Assembly (NCBI RefSeq): GCF_009914755.1
Contig: NC_060931.1
Direction: 5' to 3' (one strand)
DNA: 64,000 nt
DNA from: the human T2T-CHM13v2.0 reference genome, Homo sapiens
Positions 1-14,600 of this stretch are shown here, in pieces (positions within the stretch are counted from its first letter, which is position 1; each line of letters begins with the position of its first letter). The notes below the pieces were generated by a model. It had not been told where the DNA came from. It saw nothing but the letters and a program-made list of their open reading frames with translations, and did not search any database. A program made the translations under genes and the position numbers.

Positions 1-134
1 AGATAAGAAATCTGCTCTCATCTTTAATTCTGATCTTCTTTAATGTAGCATGTTCTCCTGTCTCTGCTGGTGCTCTCAAAGTTTTCTCTTTATCACTGGT
101 TTTGACCGATTTAATTATGATGTATCTTGATATT

Positions 135-2457
135 TGATATGGTTTGTCTCTGTGTCCCCACCCAAATCTCATCTTGAATTGTACTCCTATAATTCCCACG
201 TGTTGTGGGAGGGACCCGGTGGGAGATAATTGAATCATGGGGGTGATTTCCCCCATACTGTTCCCGTGGTAGTGAATAAATCTCACGAGATCCGATGGTC
301 TTATCAGGGGTTTTCGCTTTTGCATCTTCTCATTCTCTCTTTGCCTGCTTGCATTCCATATAAGATGTGACTTTTTCCTCCTTGCCTTCTGCCATGATTA
401 TGAGGCCTCCCCAGCTATGTGGAACTGTAAATCCAATTAAACCTCTTTCTTTTGTAATTGCCCGGTCTTGGGTATGTCTTCATCAGCAGCATAAAAATGG
501 ACTAATACATTAAATTGGTACTAGTAGAGTGAGGTGTTGCTGAAAAGGTATCTGAAAATGTGGAAGCAGCTTTGGAACTGGGTAACATGCAGAGGTTGGA
601 ACAGTTTGGATGTCTCAGAAGAACACAGAAAAATGTGGGAAAGTTTGGAACTTCCTAGAGACTTTTTGAATGGCTTTGACCAAAAGCCTGATATGGACAA
701 TAAGGTCCAGGCTGAGGTGGTCTCAGATGGAGATGAAGAACTTGTTGGGAATTGGAGCAAAGGTGACTCTTGTTATGTTTTAGCAAAGACACGGGCAGCA
801 TTTTACCCCTGCCCTAGAGATTTATAGAAATTTGAACTTGAAAGAAATGATTTAGGGTATCGGGAAGAAGAAATTTCTAAGCAGCAAAGCATTCAAGAGG
901 TGACCTGGGCACTGTTAAAAACATTCAGTTTTAAAAGGGAAACAGAGAATAAAAGTTCAGAAAATTTTAAGCTTGACAATGTGAAAGAAAAGAAAATCCC
1001 ATTTTCTGAGGAGAAATTCAAGCCAGCTGCAGAAATTTGCATAAGTCACGAGGAGCCAAAAGTTAATCTCCAAGACAATGGGGAAAATGTCTCCAGGGCA
1101 TGTTAGAGGTTTTCACGGCAGCCCCTCCCATCACAGGACTGGAAGCCTAGGAGGAAAAAGTGGTTTCATGGGCCTGGCCCAGGGTACCTGAGCTGTGTGC
1201 AGTCTAGGGACTTGGTGGCCTGCATTCCAGCTGCTCCAGCCATGGCTGAAAGGGGCCCATGTAGAGCTTGGGCCAGCCATGGCTTTATATGGTGCAAGCC
1301 CCAAGCCTTGGCAGCTTCAATGCAGTTTTGAGCCTGGAGGTGCACAGAGTCAAGAATTGAGCTTTGGGAACCTCCACCTAGATTTCAGATGTATAAAAAT
1401 GCCTGGATGCCCAGGCAGAAGTTTGTTGCAGGGGCGGGGCTCTCATGGAGAACCTCTGCTAGGGCAGTGCAGAAGGGAAATGTGGGGTTGGAGCCCCCAC
1501 ACCGAGTCCCTACTGGGGCACCACCCAGTGGAGCTATGAGAAGAGGGCCACCATCCTCCAGACCCCAGAATGGTAGGTCCACTGACAGCTTGCACCATGC
1601 ACCTGGAAAAGTTGCAGACACTCAATGTCAGCCCATGAAAGCAGCTGGGCGGGAGGTTGTACCCTGCAAAGCCACAGGGGCAGAGATGCCCAAGACCATG
1701 GGAATCCACCTCTTGCATCAGTGTGATCTGGATGTGAGACATGGAGTCAAAAGAGATCATTTTGGAGCTTTAAGATTTGCCTGCCCTGCTGGATTTTGGA
1801 CTTGCATGGGGCCTGTGGCCCCTTTGTTTTGACCAATTTCTCCCATTTGGAATGGCTGTATTTACCCAATGTCTGTACCCCCATTGTATCTAGGAAATAA
1901 CTAACTTGCTTTTGATTTTATGGGCTCATAGGCAGAAGGGACTTGCCTTGTCTCAGGTGAGACATTGGACTGTGGACTTTTGAGTTAATACTGAAATGAT
2001 TTAAGACTTTGGGGGACTGTTGGGAAGGCATGATTGGATTTGAAATGTGAGGACATGAGATTTGGCAGGGGACAAGGTGGAATGATATGGTTTGGGTCTG
2101 TGTCCCCATCCAAATCTCATCTTGAATTGTACTCCCGTAATTCCCACGTGTTGTGGGAGGGACCCGGTGGGAGACAATTGAATCATGGGGGTGATTTCCC
2201 CCATACTGTTCTCATGGTAGTGAATAAGTCTCATGAGATCGGATGGTTTTATCAGGTGTTTCTAGTTTTGCATCTTTTCATTCTCTCTTTGCCTGCTGCC
2301 ATTCCACGTAAGATGTGACTTGCCCTTTCCTGCCTTCTGTCATGATTATGAGGCCTCCCCAGCCATGTGGAACTGTAAGTCCAGTTTAACCTCTTTCTTT
2401 TGTAATTGCCCAGTCTCAGGTATGTCTTTATCAACAGCATGAAAATGGACTAATACA
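135..2457 (+). mobile_element. Full-length THE1 (MaLR, THE1B/C-like) provirus: 5' LTR 135-509, internal 510-2082, 3' LTR 2083-2457
   Basis: Two 375-bp direct repeats starting TGATATGGTTTG and ending GGACTAATACA. Near-perfect 5-bp TSD ATATT/ATAGT. Internal ORF fragments (534-827, 900-1106, 1389-1832) resemble the broken THE1-int ORF. Confidence 0.95.
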
Positions 2458-3080
2458 ATAGTTTAATTCCTATTTCTTATTTTTGGAGTTTTTTGAGTTT
2501 CTGTGATCTGTGGGTTTCTAATTTTCATCAATTTAGAAAAATTTTGGTCACTATACCTTCAGACATTTAAAAATTTCCTCCCTTTCTTTTCTCTTGTTTA
2601 GCAACTCCAAATATATAAATATTAAGCCACTTGAAGTTGGCCTACTGATGCTCTGTTAATTTTTGTAAATTCTTTTCTTTTTGTGATTAATTTTTTATTG
2701 CTTCAATTGCTACTTCGTCAAGTTTACTAATCTTTGCTTCTTCATTATCTAATGTGCCATTATTCTCATCCAAGGTACTTTTCATTTCAGCCATTGTAGT
2801 TTTCATATCTTAAAGTTTGATTACCCCAGATTACTGGTTTCAGTCTTCCTCTCTTTTTCATATTTCTTTTCTCTATTTAACATTTTTGAACATGTGAAAT
2901 ACAGTAATAATAATTATCTTTTTGTTCATGTCTGTTAGTTCTAACATTAGTCTCAGTTCTGGGTTGATTTCAGCTGATTGAATTACCCCTTCATTAGGGA
3001 TTATATATTCTGGCTCCTTTGCATACCTGGCAAATTTTGATTAGATGCCAAATGTGAATTATATCTTGTTGAGTGCTGGA
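2458..3080 (-). mobile_element. Ancient L1 (L1M-type) fragment, continuing 1-134 and split by the THE1 insertion
   Basis: T-rich antisense L1-like sequence reads on across the THE1 TSD (…TTTCATCAATTTAGAAAAATTTTGGTCACTAT…). Confidence 0.6.
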
Positions 3081-3161
3081 TACCCTCTTGGAGCCTCAGG
3101 GCTGATTATACGGCAGAGCTGAGACATAGATTGAAGTCTGTGTGACTCTAAAACGTCAAAT

Positions 3162-3570
3162 GTGTATCATTTAGAGTAGGCTAATTGCTGTAACAAACTA
3201 CTCTCAACTCTCTGTGACTGAATATGATAAGAGTTTATGAAAGTGTTCTCGTTCTCATCAATTCTGGTGTGAGTGGATTGTGCATCAGCCTCCAACAGTC
3301 CTTCCTTCTAGTGGCTCCACTTCTCCTGGGGGACTTGGAGTTCTCTGTTGTTTCACTTTATTAGAAGACAAAAGAAGAGAGTGTGGAGGATCAAGCTGGA
3401 AGTTCTTAAGGCTGGTAAGTGGAGAACATCACCTTTGATCACATTCAGCTGGACAGAAGTCAGTTCTCAAGCCCCACCTAACCACAGGGATGCTGAGAAA
3501 TGTGGTCTATCTGTGTACTAGGAAGAAAAGGGACAGGTTTTGGTGAAAAAACTAGTTAGTCTCTACAATA
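3162..3570 (-). mobile_element. Old MaLR LTR (MLT1J/K-like)
   Basis: Motifs TGCTGTAACAAAC, CATCACCTTTGATCACATTC and GGGATGCTGAGAAATGTGGTCT are typical of MLT1. Confidence 0.65.
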
Positions 3571-4409
3571 ACACATTAAACTAAATTCTCCCCTAAGTTG
3601 CTCTTTAGGAAGTGTTTATATGTTTTGCTCTAAATGGAATTTTTCTAGTCTCGGGCTCTGGATTGGTACCACAAATAGTCCCTCTAAGCTAGTGAAAGTT
3701 AACAGAAATCATTCTCTTAGAAGATTTGGATATTTAGTTCATGTATGTATCACATTGCCCCTCGTAGGGCCAATAATAATTATTATAATCTCCAATTTTA
3801 AGCAATATATTTTTATTCTTAAATTTTTGACATCCTAATCTACAGGTAGTATCTACATTACTTTAACTAAAGCATTACACTTACTTTCCCACCATTCCCT
3901 CCTATGCTGCCCCTCATATCTGAACCACCATGGAGTCAACACCTTGTTTTCTGGTTTTTGACTTGTGCCTGTGTCAGGTTCTCAGAATGATGACTTCCAG
4001 TGAAAACTCTGAGTCTATAAACACAAAATAAGTGTCATTTTATGCTCTGGAATTGCTCTGGAAACAATGCTAGTGATAAATGAATAGTCAAAAACAAAAC
4101 AAAATATCAATATGGGGAAGACACATCCAATGAAGGCTGGCTTAGGTTCCTTTGGGAAATGGTGGTGACACCTGGGGGATTAAGAGTTAAGTTAGAAAGA
4201 GGCAAAGCTGTGAAGCACTTTAGCCAGATTGCTTTGCTCAGCCCACCTGAGTCTTTTGATTTCGGTACATCTTTCCCATCTGTTTGGTTGGAATGTTTGA
4301 ACAAATACCCTGAATTTCATTACAAATGCACCTGCCCTAAACCAGGACCTCTTTTTCTTTCCCTGTGATGACACTTTCAAATTTTCTCTGTTTTTAGTAT
4401 CTTCCTTCC

Positions 4410-4950
4410 TAATTCATCCTACACAGGGTGATAATTATCTTCTAAAAGTGCAGTACATGTCATGTCTTATTCTTGCTCAGAAGTTTCCAATGGAACTTCC
4501 CCATTTCCAAATCATGGCTCTACCCCATATCTTTAACTTTGTCTCTGTTTTCTTCCCTCATATGCCCTCTGATCCAGCCAAACTGGTGTCCTTTGTGTTT
4601 TCAGAACTTGCTGCATGCTTTCCTATATCCATGCTTTTATTAATAGAGTTCCCAATAGCTGGATATTTTCTTACTGTCATATCTACTCCTCAAATCCTAC
4701 CCAGATTTCAGGGCCCAAGTAACAATTGATCTGTTCTGTGAAGTTTGCACCATTTTTCTGGTAAAACAAATCTTTCTCTTGTTTATGTTTGTGTAATGCT
4801 TTATGCCAATCACTGTCTGCTTCGTGTCCTGTATTCCCTACTAGATCATAAGCTCTTGGGGAACAAGTGTCTTGAGAACCCTCCTATCCATCCCACACTG
4901 CCCAACACTATACCTTGTTCAGTGCAGAAGCTTAGAAATGCTTATTGGGA
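4410..4950 (+). mobile_element. L2 3' fragment
   Basis: CTAGATCATAAGCTC…CTTAGAAATGCTTATTG resembles the L2 3' end. Confidence 0.55.
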
Positions 4951-7900
4951 AAAATTAACAGCAGGATCTGACATCAGCTGTATCAAGACGTTTTTTGAAT
5001 TAAAATGGAAACTAACAAGAGACTATCCTCAAAATGACTTGACAGTAAATTTGAGATAAACTACCTTACGCACAACCTAAAAGTGCATTTAAATAGTTTC
5101 TTTAAAAAATAAAAAACACAGAATGCATGATTTAGAACAAGCAGTAAAAAACTAATTTCTTCAAATAGTTAATTTTTAGTAGATTCATAGTGCTCTTTGA
5201 TAGTCTGTAGTTTCTTAAAGATAATATTATATGCACTAATAAGACAGAAAGAAAGATGAGAATTATCCCTATAAAATGAGTTCTGATTTCTGGTTTCCAA
5301 AAGGTACCTTAAATGGTAGGTATTTTGTGTGGCTGGGATAGTGCCATTGCAAGTGTCTTCCTTAGCCATGTCATGGATACAATTTTGCATCTAGATTGGC
5401 TTTGTCCAGGAGAAGCACAACTTTTGTCAGAGATCACAACTGCTGGTACAGCAGAAAGGGTTTCATATGAGAGAGATCTTTCAGAGAGAGAGTGTGTATC
5501 TTCATCAAAATTCTAAAGGCATTGGAACTGTCATTCAAAGAGTTAACATCTGTGAAGAATAAAAAATGCAATGGAGAGGTTTCAGGCAAAGCATGGGGAG
5601 ACTGATAAAATTATCAGTGAATTAAATTCAGGCAGATGGCTTTGGAAAGGAATGAAGTATACAAACCTTATGCAGAGTATAATGACTCTCACTTTGACAG
5701 GGGCTTTGTCAACAGGGTAAGCCCTTTTTATTTTTTAATCTGCATCTTAAAGCAGTTGGAGTAAAATTCTTCTCCTTTTCCAAAGGTGTTGTTTAGTACT
5801 TACAGCAACAAAAACAACAATGAGCTTATATATAAAGCAGACTTGACAGACACAGACTCTACTATGCCCAGTATAGGGACACAGGTTGGTAGAAGGCACA
5901 TGGCAGGCATCATGCATGCCATTTCTTGTTGTTCTCAGATTGGCTGCCCATATTAATAGGTCCTTGGCAATTAAAATATTTCTACAGAAGAGAGGCCAAT
6001 CATTAGCTCTGCTTGTAACAGCAGGATAACAAAGGAAGCTTTTAGTTGTCACACCAAAACAAAAATCAAAACAAAAATGAGGAAAAACTGCCCCCAAGCT
6101 CCATAAAACAAAAAATGCCTGCAAAACAGACAAACCCCTCCAAACTTAGAGAATGAAAAGACAAAAGTCAACCGATGTCTGCTGTTTAAATTTGCAATGT
6201 TTATAATTGTTGTCGATAGTGTTAAATAAAAAATAGAGCTCCTAGAAAGACTAATGAATAATATCCTTCTACATTTAGACAACAATAATGAGAAAATATA
6301 TTATTTCTCTCTCCAGCTTTCTTTCCCCTTACGGTTTCTATTTTATCTTCTTCTTTAGCTCGAGGGACCGCCTCTTTCAGGTGACAGGACCTGGCATATT
6401 CATGCTTGAATGCTGATGGTCAGGCTGCTTCTTAGCAATGGACTTTGCTTTTGTTCCAGACCAGATGTTCTATTTCTCCCTGGTAACAGTTTGCATTGTG
6501 GTGCCTTATTGTACTCTCTGGAACTAGTGCCAGGGTAGCCTCCGAATCAGCCAAGAGCAGCACTGAATCAATGAGACAGCTGGCAGCCTCCCTGGGGAGG
6601 GAACGTTTTTACCTCTTTGATTCATGCACTCTCCGCTAGTTCAGATCCAGGATGCCATGAATGATTTTTCTTAGCGACAGGTGAGAACAAAAAAGCTTTG
6701 TAAACCTAATTCAATAGAAGCAGGAGACTCAGTGTGCTATTGATTAAAAGGAGAAGACAATGAAGAGGAAGTGTACGCATGGTCTAGTTGCATTTTCTCC
6801 ATAATCGACTTCTGTGCTTCTATCTGTGTTGGAGTTGTCAGGTTTGCCGGGAGGAAAAGCTTGAAATCAAGAGTATAGTGTTTATTGACTTAGGACTAGA
6901 ATTTTAATCATGTCTGTGAGATTGCATGTTACCTACAAAAGCAAGAAGATTACTCTTTTTTCATTGTTTTTTTTTTAGCTATAAAATTCCCTGATCTATT
7001 GCTAACTTTGCTAAAAATTCAAGGGTACTTTAATGGACTTGTTCATATCATCCAGGATTTAATGTTTGGGATGTGTTTATTTATCAGGGCTATGGATTCG
7101 GGTTAAAATCGTCCGTGTTTACACTCAAGCAAAGTATTACAACTCACTTTGGATCCTCGCCCTAGGTGATGCACATTTCAGCACACTTTTTGAGTCAGCA
7201 AGATCATTAGTGCTGGTCTCTCACTGCTCTATGAAAGCAGGGCAGTTCCTGAGCCATTTTAATCAGAGAGCCATTAGGAGATGAGATGGTACAATACCTG
7301 AGAGCTCCAGCCCTGGTGTGGCTGAGAGGCACAAATGTGACAGTAACAGAAGTTAGAGATCCTGCAGTACATCACCCCATCAATCATGGCAGACATATTG
7401 GCAACATGATGGATGATACCCAGCCACTGACCTTGGTGGGTTAGCCTTTGTCACATAAGTAACAGAATAAGTCAAAGCAGTGGGTCTACCCACCGTCAAA
7501 TAGGAGAGATAAGCTGTGACAGTGGCAGAGGGAAAAGGAACATTAGTGGCAAGTGTTGGCCATATTTCTGAGCCAGGAAGAGCAGCTCTCTTATTGTTTA
7601 ACCATTAAATGGGATGGCATATTTCAAGAAGGGGGAAAATCAATATCATCAATGCATCCTTGTAGCAATATGAGCTTTTCTTTCTTAACTAAGGTATAAC
7701 TTAGAGGGTAGTAGATCTTAGTACAAATATTAGAGATCTGTAGACACTCTCATAGGGTGGGAACTATTATAACATAGGGTTCTTTACTTTAAACCTGAGA
7801 AAAATTAGTCTAATCAGAGAGCAAATCTCATATGAACTAAAGTTTCAATTCCATGTACAACACATGATCTCATATACATAAAGTTCAACATTCTGTTGGT

Positions 7901-10429
7901 AACAGATGGCTTGGCTTGGGAATAGAAATAATTTAGTTGGGGAATCCTGGTGGACTTTTCTTTCAAGCAGTCTCCCAAAGCTTCACAGTTACAAATGACC
8001 TATCCCAAGTCCCTTTTCTGGAATTCAAATGTTACTTGATTGGTCATAGAAAGCAAAGAGAGATTCTCAATAAGATATCTCAATAATGTGCAGGTGGACA
8101 TGTGGAGGGCTCAATGGCTAAAGAGGATAAAGGAAACAGAGGAAAGATGATGATCAACTTGCTTTTCATAGGAAAGTGGGGTTGGAGTGGATTAAAGCAA
8201 GATCAACTCATTTTTTCTCCAGACGGTAAGGAATCATGCCACATGGTAAGGAATTTGGTCAGCTTCATCAAAGAAAAGAGTAGCCTTAACCATGCCCCTG
8301 AGCCAGTGAAATCTCTGAAAATCCTGTCTTATTTTTTTGAAATCAATATTTTTAACCCCTGCCCAAACAAGAGACCCAGATATTATATTCTTGCCTCCCC
8401 TTCCAAGTCAATGCATTCAAGTTGGCATCCTGAGGCACCCAGTCAAGTTGAGCCAATCAGGTGGTGCATTCATATTGAGGGGTCAGACCCTGCATATTTC
8501 TAATCCTGCCAATTCAAGTTGATATGTATTTTTTCAAAACATCTTTTGTATGCTTACCGTAGAGCCAGCCATCAGTAGAGTGTTGTTTTCAGGCAAACAA
8601 AAAAGACACCATTTATCACAGCCAAACTTACAAACTTTTGAACTTCAAGGGGCATGCACAAGCTGAAAAATGCTTATTGAATCAGTAAGGATTTAGAAAA
8701 TAAAGGAGCAATATTGTATGCATCCTAGCTTTCTTAAGGAAAGGAAATCTATAGATGTCTGAAAATCAACATTCCCTGTTTTGAGATTGATGAGGAAAAT
8801 GAACATATCCTCTCAGGCATGACCTGATGGTATAAGACATTTGTCTGATCCAACAAGACGTTTCTTATGTTCTCTAGTTCTTGTGATGGGAGTAGAGGCT
8901 GAAAAGCCAAAACATCTAGATGGGCTGTGTTTGGCTGTGTGGGCCTCTGTCTAGAGAGAGCAGATAAAGCCAAGGTGCAAGCCCTGATTGTATTCTGGGT
9001 TCATTCCTCTCCTTCCTGGATGAAAGCCTAAGATGCTGCTACACTAAAAACTGAATTACTTCCCTTGTTAATCTTTCCCATTCTTCTTGACTGCAGCATT
9101 TATAAAACATTGCTCTTTGGGTCTAGGTATCATTTTGGGATCACATCATGATAACTCTATGTGTGTGTGCTGGGAGGGCAAAGTTGCAAAGCAATTACTC
9201 AGCAATGCTGAAGAAAGAAGCAATTACTGGAACACATTTTAGCCCCGCTTGTCAGAGTGACTTTCACTGGGGCACAAGGGAAGCATTCACTTAGGCAGTA
9301 TCCCTTTCAGAGGCTTAATTTAGTTTTTTCTTCCCTTTAATTGTGTGATTCCAGTATTTTAGCTACAATCCCTAGGCTGTAGGAACCTTTAAACACTTCT
9401 TTTTATAAAAGAAATGCATGGGCTTTTGAAGAATAAACAGGGGGCTGCATAATTTATAGGAAAATGGCACCATGGACTTTTCCTTCACAAAGAACATTGG
9501 GGTTACATTGGAACAAGCCAAATATGTTTTTAATGAATAGTCAGTAATCAGCAGCAGCTACAGTAAGTGCTTGAAATTTTTCTTTTATGTGCTATGAGTC
9601 CACAAACTAAGCATCTGATTCTGATTGCAGCCATGAATGCATTGGCCTATTGCTACCCGCCCCTCTTGCTCAGATCTCCCGCGGCAGCTCATGCTCAGCA
9701 GAGAGCCTTATGAAAAGCAGAGGGCAAGACTCTTTTAATATGTTCAATTTCCATCCATTTTAAATACTATAATGGAGAGGAATGTTGACAGTACATTTCA
9801 CTTTCCTTTTTGGATCTAGATCACAATTTGGGGTTGAAGAGAGCAGTATTGTGTTCCAGAATGTAAGAAAAAAGTGTTTATGCCAAAAGCCATATTTTAA
9901 TGTGAATTTTAAAGTGAATTGTCAAGGTGTCTTTTAAAAAATAAAAAAATTCTTTCAGCAGAGCTTTATCTCAATTGTAGGCTTCTAACTTGCTCATTCC
10001 TCCAAGATTTTGCACATACTATTTTCATCACTTGGAATGTATCGTCTTTTTTATTTCCCATTTCTCAATATTTCTAATGCTAATGACAACCCAAATAAAA
10101 TATTTCAGGAAATTATTATTTTCTCATCTCATCTACGGCCAGATCCTGTTCACTCTCCTACACAATGGTTCCTTAGCCTCTGTGAAGTTAATGTGAGCAT
10201 ACAGTTTATTAATTTTTAACTAAGATGCCTTCTAAAAGTTCAAGAGCATTTAAAAAAGTCTAGACATATATTTTATTTGAAACAATGTTTTATGTAGTAG
10301 TTATAGCTTTAGGCCAAGTTACAAAATTTATTTAACCCAAAGTATGGGTTAAGTACAAATATTTAACATTTAAAAATAGCATTAGACAACAATCTTGCAA
10401 TATGGGAAATACAATAAAATATTAATATT

Positions 10430-10665
10430 AGAGCTTTATATATGCTAAGCACTGTCTTAAGTTCTTTACAAGTACTAATTCATTTACTTTTTGCAATATT
10501 CCTGTAAGGTAAGTACCACTATTTTATGGAGGAGAAAACTGAGGGCCAAGAATGTTTAAGTGACTTCTCAAGCTAGTAAGTGTTTAAGTAACTTTACATA
10601 GCTAGTAAGTGATAGACCTGTAGTTTGAGCCCAAGGAGTTTAATTCCAAATATCATGATTTTAAC
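10430..10665 (-). mobile_element. MIR SINE
   Basis: Core GAGGAGAAAACTGAGGGCC…AAGTGACTTCTCAAG. Confidence 0.7.
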
Positions 10666-11281
10666 TAAAATATTAATGGTATTTAATTTTCTAAAATTTT
10701 GGCAATTAAGGGATAAAGGAAATAAAGTGTAGAAGATGGCTTTAGTAAATATATTCAGAAGATAACTTTGGGACACTGTTAAGTGTTTTAGAAGTTGACA
10801 AAAATGCTTCTATTGGGGTTTAGACAGTTGCTGCCTTCTTAGGAAGTTTTTTTTTTTTCTTCTTAAAAGAAGTAGAGAGAAAGGGTATAAAGAAAAAGAG
10901 AAAGTAAGTGAAGTTTTTTTTATGAGTTTGGGAAGAATTTAAAACTGAGGGAAAGGGGGAAAGAAGGAATTTATAAGAAAAAATATTTTAAAAATTAAAC
11001 GAGTATTGACAGAGAAAATATATGGAATTGCTACATATGCCTAAAGCTTCCTTATAACTGACTCAAGAAGGAAGAAAAAGACTATAAATGTGGGGTCTGA
11101 TAGCTTCCTCAAAGGCCTACTAGGCAGCAGTGTTGTCTGAGACAGTCTTGTGGATAAAGCTGCTTAGCCAGAGCATAGGGTTTTTAGGGGAAGGGAAGTC
11201 TGAAACATGTACAGGATGTTTATTATTTAATTGTCATAACTTGGAGAATACCTTACTAGTGGCTATCACTTGTTATTCTAA

Positions 11282-11609
<328 letters not shown>

Positions 11610-14600
11610 ACTTTTTTACTTTCTTTATGTTCTTCCTTTAATTCAGAAAATTATAGTATTTAGGGACAGGGAATATTATATCTTTTTCACAGATCCTGCC
11701 ATTAAGTTTCTCATATTTGGAAAAATGACAGAGATCATTCCTACAAGACACAAAAGCTAAACTGACATGGAACCACTTTCGTGACCAAGGTAGTTCCCTG
11801 TCCATGAAAGTTTCGTACTGTATCTCAAGTGTCCCTGAACACTGTATCCTTTACATTAATAATGTTGAATAAATGTTATCTTGCATCCTGAATCTTGAGT
11901 TATATGTAAGCGCAGGGATTTTGTAGTTTAAGCCTGAAAATTATCTGTTGTGTCATTTCGTCAGCCAAGGACAGTAGCTTCAGCCACTTTCTTTTGTATT
12001 TTGCTCTTACTTGCCTGAGGAGAGAGCAACGTTGAGTAGAGGAACCCCAGGAGAAGATTTGGGGGGAATGTAAGCACTGTGGAGAAGTGAAGTGTTTAGC
12101 TTTGCATTAGGTAAGCAGAATTTCAGCAAGTCAAGATCAGCAAATTTGTGCGATGTTCTGGTAAGCCACTTCCCTTCTGCAACCCACTCATTAATTTTCG
12201 GAAGCCTGACAGAATGGCTAAAAGGATGATCAATTTCAAGTGTCACTCCTGGCTTGTTTCTAGCCTTATGTAAAAGGAGTTCCTGACAAGTAACCGTGTT
12301 AGTGGCCTCAAAATGTCTCCTATTGTTAAATATTGGGAATAAGCTAAAATAATGAAACTAGCTTTTTTCTGTCACTAGAATGGTTGGCTTAGAAGATGAT
12401 GAGATTAATGTCTATTACTGACTTTTAGGTGGGCTCGAGCACCCAAAGCAGCAAAACCTCGAGAGAAATGAACACATTTCAGGAGAACTTGTTTTCCTTA
12501 ATAGATTTGTGTGGAACACATGGGACATCCCTCCGCATGTTCCAAGTGATTGCATAAAGTTATTACCTAGTTGGTAATATCCCAACTCTTTCTTCCTCCT
12601 ATTCAATATCTGTTTTTCTGCTTTACCCAGGATACCTGCTTTAATCCTGGGTAAACAACTGGTACCCCTGGGGTTCTGATAGAGTTGTAGCTGGCACTGT
12701 AGGGGTCCCTCTATCAGAGCAACAATCTTTCCCTCCTCATTTATGCCTCTCCTATCTCCTTCTCATTTGCTCAGTTTTCCCTTCTTTCCTGAATGTTTCC
12801 CCTTGCCCTTCTTCCTTTTGATAATAACTTCTACTCTTACATTTTTAGGCCAAATCACAGGCAATGTTTGGCCATTTTGATGTCTATTGGCACTGAAGCA
12901 TTTGTTGATGGTGATCTTAATTGCCTCTATATCCTAATATTTGGTGAACTGATTTTATTCCCTAAGTGCTTGATGGGAAAAGGGGAGAAAGTTATTGCAG
13001 AACCTGGCCGTAGAGTCTCTATTGCAAAGAAGTGGAAAGCTTTAAGAAAGATATGGCCTTAAGGTCAGACAAGCACTGCAAAAGTGGTGGCAAATGTGAA
13101 CCCCTGCCTACAAGAGCCAGGTAGTTAGAGTAAGTAAACAGCACAGGCCTAGGAAGGACAGGGAAGAACAGGACAGCATCTAGCCCATTCAAAAGGGGCA
13201 GCTGCTACTCAGCTCCACTGCTTCTGCCCTTCAAGAACATATATGAGATCTATGAATTTGCTTGGTTTGACACTAATTTAAAAAAATCGTCCTGGTAAAG
13301 AAAGGAAGGAAGAAAAAATAAAACAAATAGAGCAGGAAAGAAAAGAAAGTTAAAGTTATCTGGAGGCCTGGCGTACCGTAGGCAGCTTGTTTGTGACTTC
13401 TGCCATAAACACTATAATTCTGGAGATAGAGTGTTACACCTGAGAACCTTTATGTTACCACGGTGTTCTGACAGAAGTTTGAGCACAAACACTTTTCTAG
13501 ATGAATGTTCATCCACTCAGTTAAAACTCTGTAACTCAGAATGTGAAGTTCTGAAGTAAGACTGGAAACAAAAAACTGACTAATTAAACAGCCTCCCCTA
13601 GTGCTGCAAAACAAAGAGCTATTAATTTATAAAGCTAATTGGATTGGAATCCAGCTAAACTTAAACCTGAGTTACATTCTAATTGCTCTTTTACTTTAGA
13701 AAATTTCAAAGACTACTGGATGATATTTTTATAGTGACAGTTTTTAACAAGCCATGCAGGTCTTCAACAGAAGCCTTTATTAAGGTAGTGGCATTTGAAA
13801 GAATTAAATATAAGAGGCCAACTTCGTAGAATTGGCTCAGAGCACATTAGAAGAAAAATAATTTGTAAAGGCCTTTAAAAGCACAGCTTACATTCCATAT
13901 ACACTAATATCTAATAGGCTCGTTATGTGTTTAAAAATTTTTTTTTCTGGAATGTTGTCTGAAATATATATTTAACAAACTGAGTTGTTTTGAATTCTTT
14001 GAACCACTGAAGACTCATCTCCATTGTCTTAATAGAGCTGTCAGGCTGTTTACAATCATCTTGGCTTTGATGTCTGTCAAGAATCCACACACAGAGAGAA
14101 GGTTGGGTGACCTGTTTGACATGGTACTTCCTGGTAGATACAAAGTGACTGACTTAACCAAGCAGAAGAGCATGATAGACAATGTGACATGGAGTAGAAG
14201 ACACACGCTCATCTGGTCTGAACCCCGACTGATTTTTGGGTGTTAAAGGATGGTGTACACTTCTATTCAGAACTATTTCTCAGATATTTGCCCTTGAGAA
14301 GGGCCTCAGATCTCAGGTGCTCTTTCTTTCATAATCTAAGTTGGAATAACCTCAGACAGACCCATGAGTCATTTCAGTTTTTCTTATCAGTGAGTTTCCT
14401 GTAGCTTTTATTCAGTGTTTTGAAAATGTGCAGTCAACTGAGCTTTCTTGGACATACTGAGTGCACCCATGTTCCTCAATTCTTCACAGCCCTGCTCCAA
14501 AGAATTGGCTATAGTTTTTTTTTAATCCCAAGGATTATCACAATCGTGGCACTCAGTAAGATTAAATAACACCCAGGGGCAGTGATAAGTCCTTAAACAG

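Noticed and set aside
534-1832. Run of + strand ORFs (97, 68, 114, 147 aa)
   Set aside because: They lie in THE1-int and are broken remnants or alternative frames, not a host gene.
10332-10352. 8-bp hairpin TTAACCCA…TGGGTTAA
   Set aside because: Expected by chance in 64 kb of AT-rich DNA.
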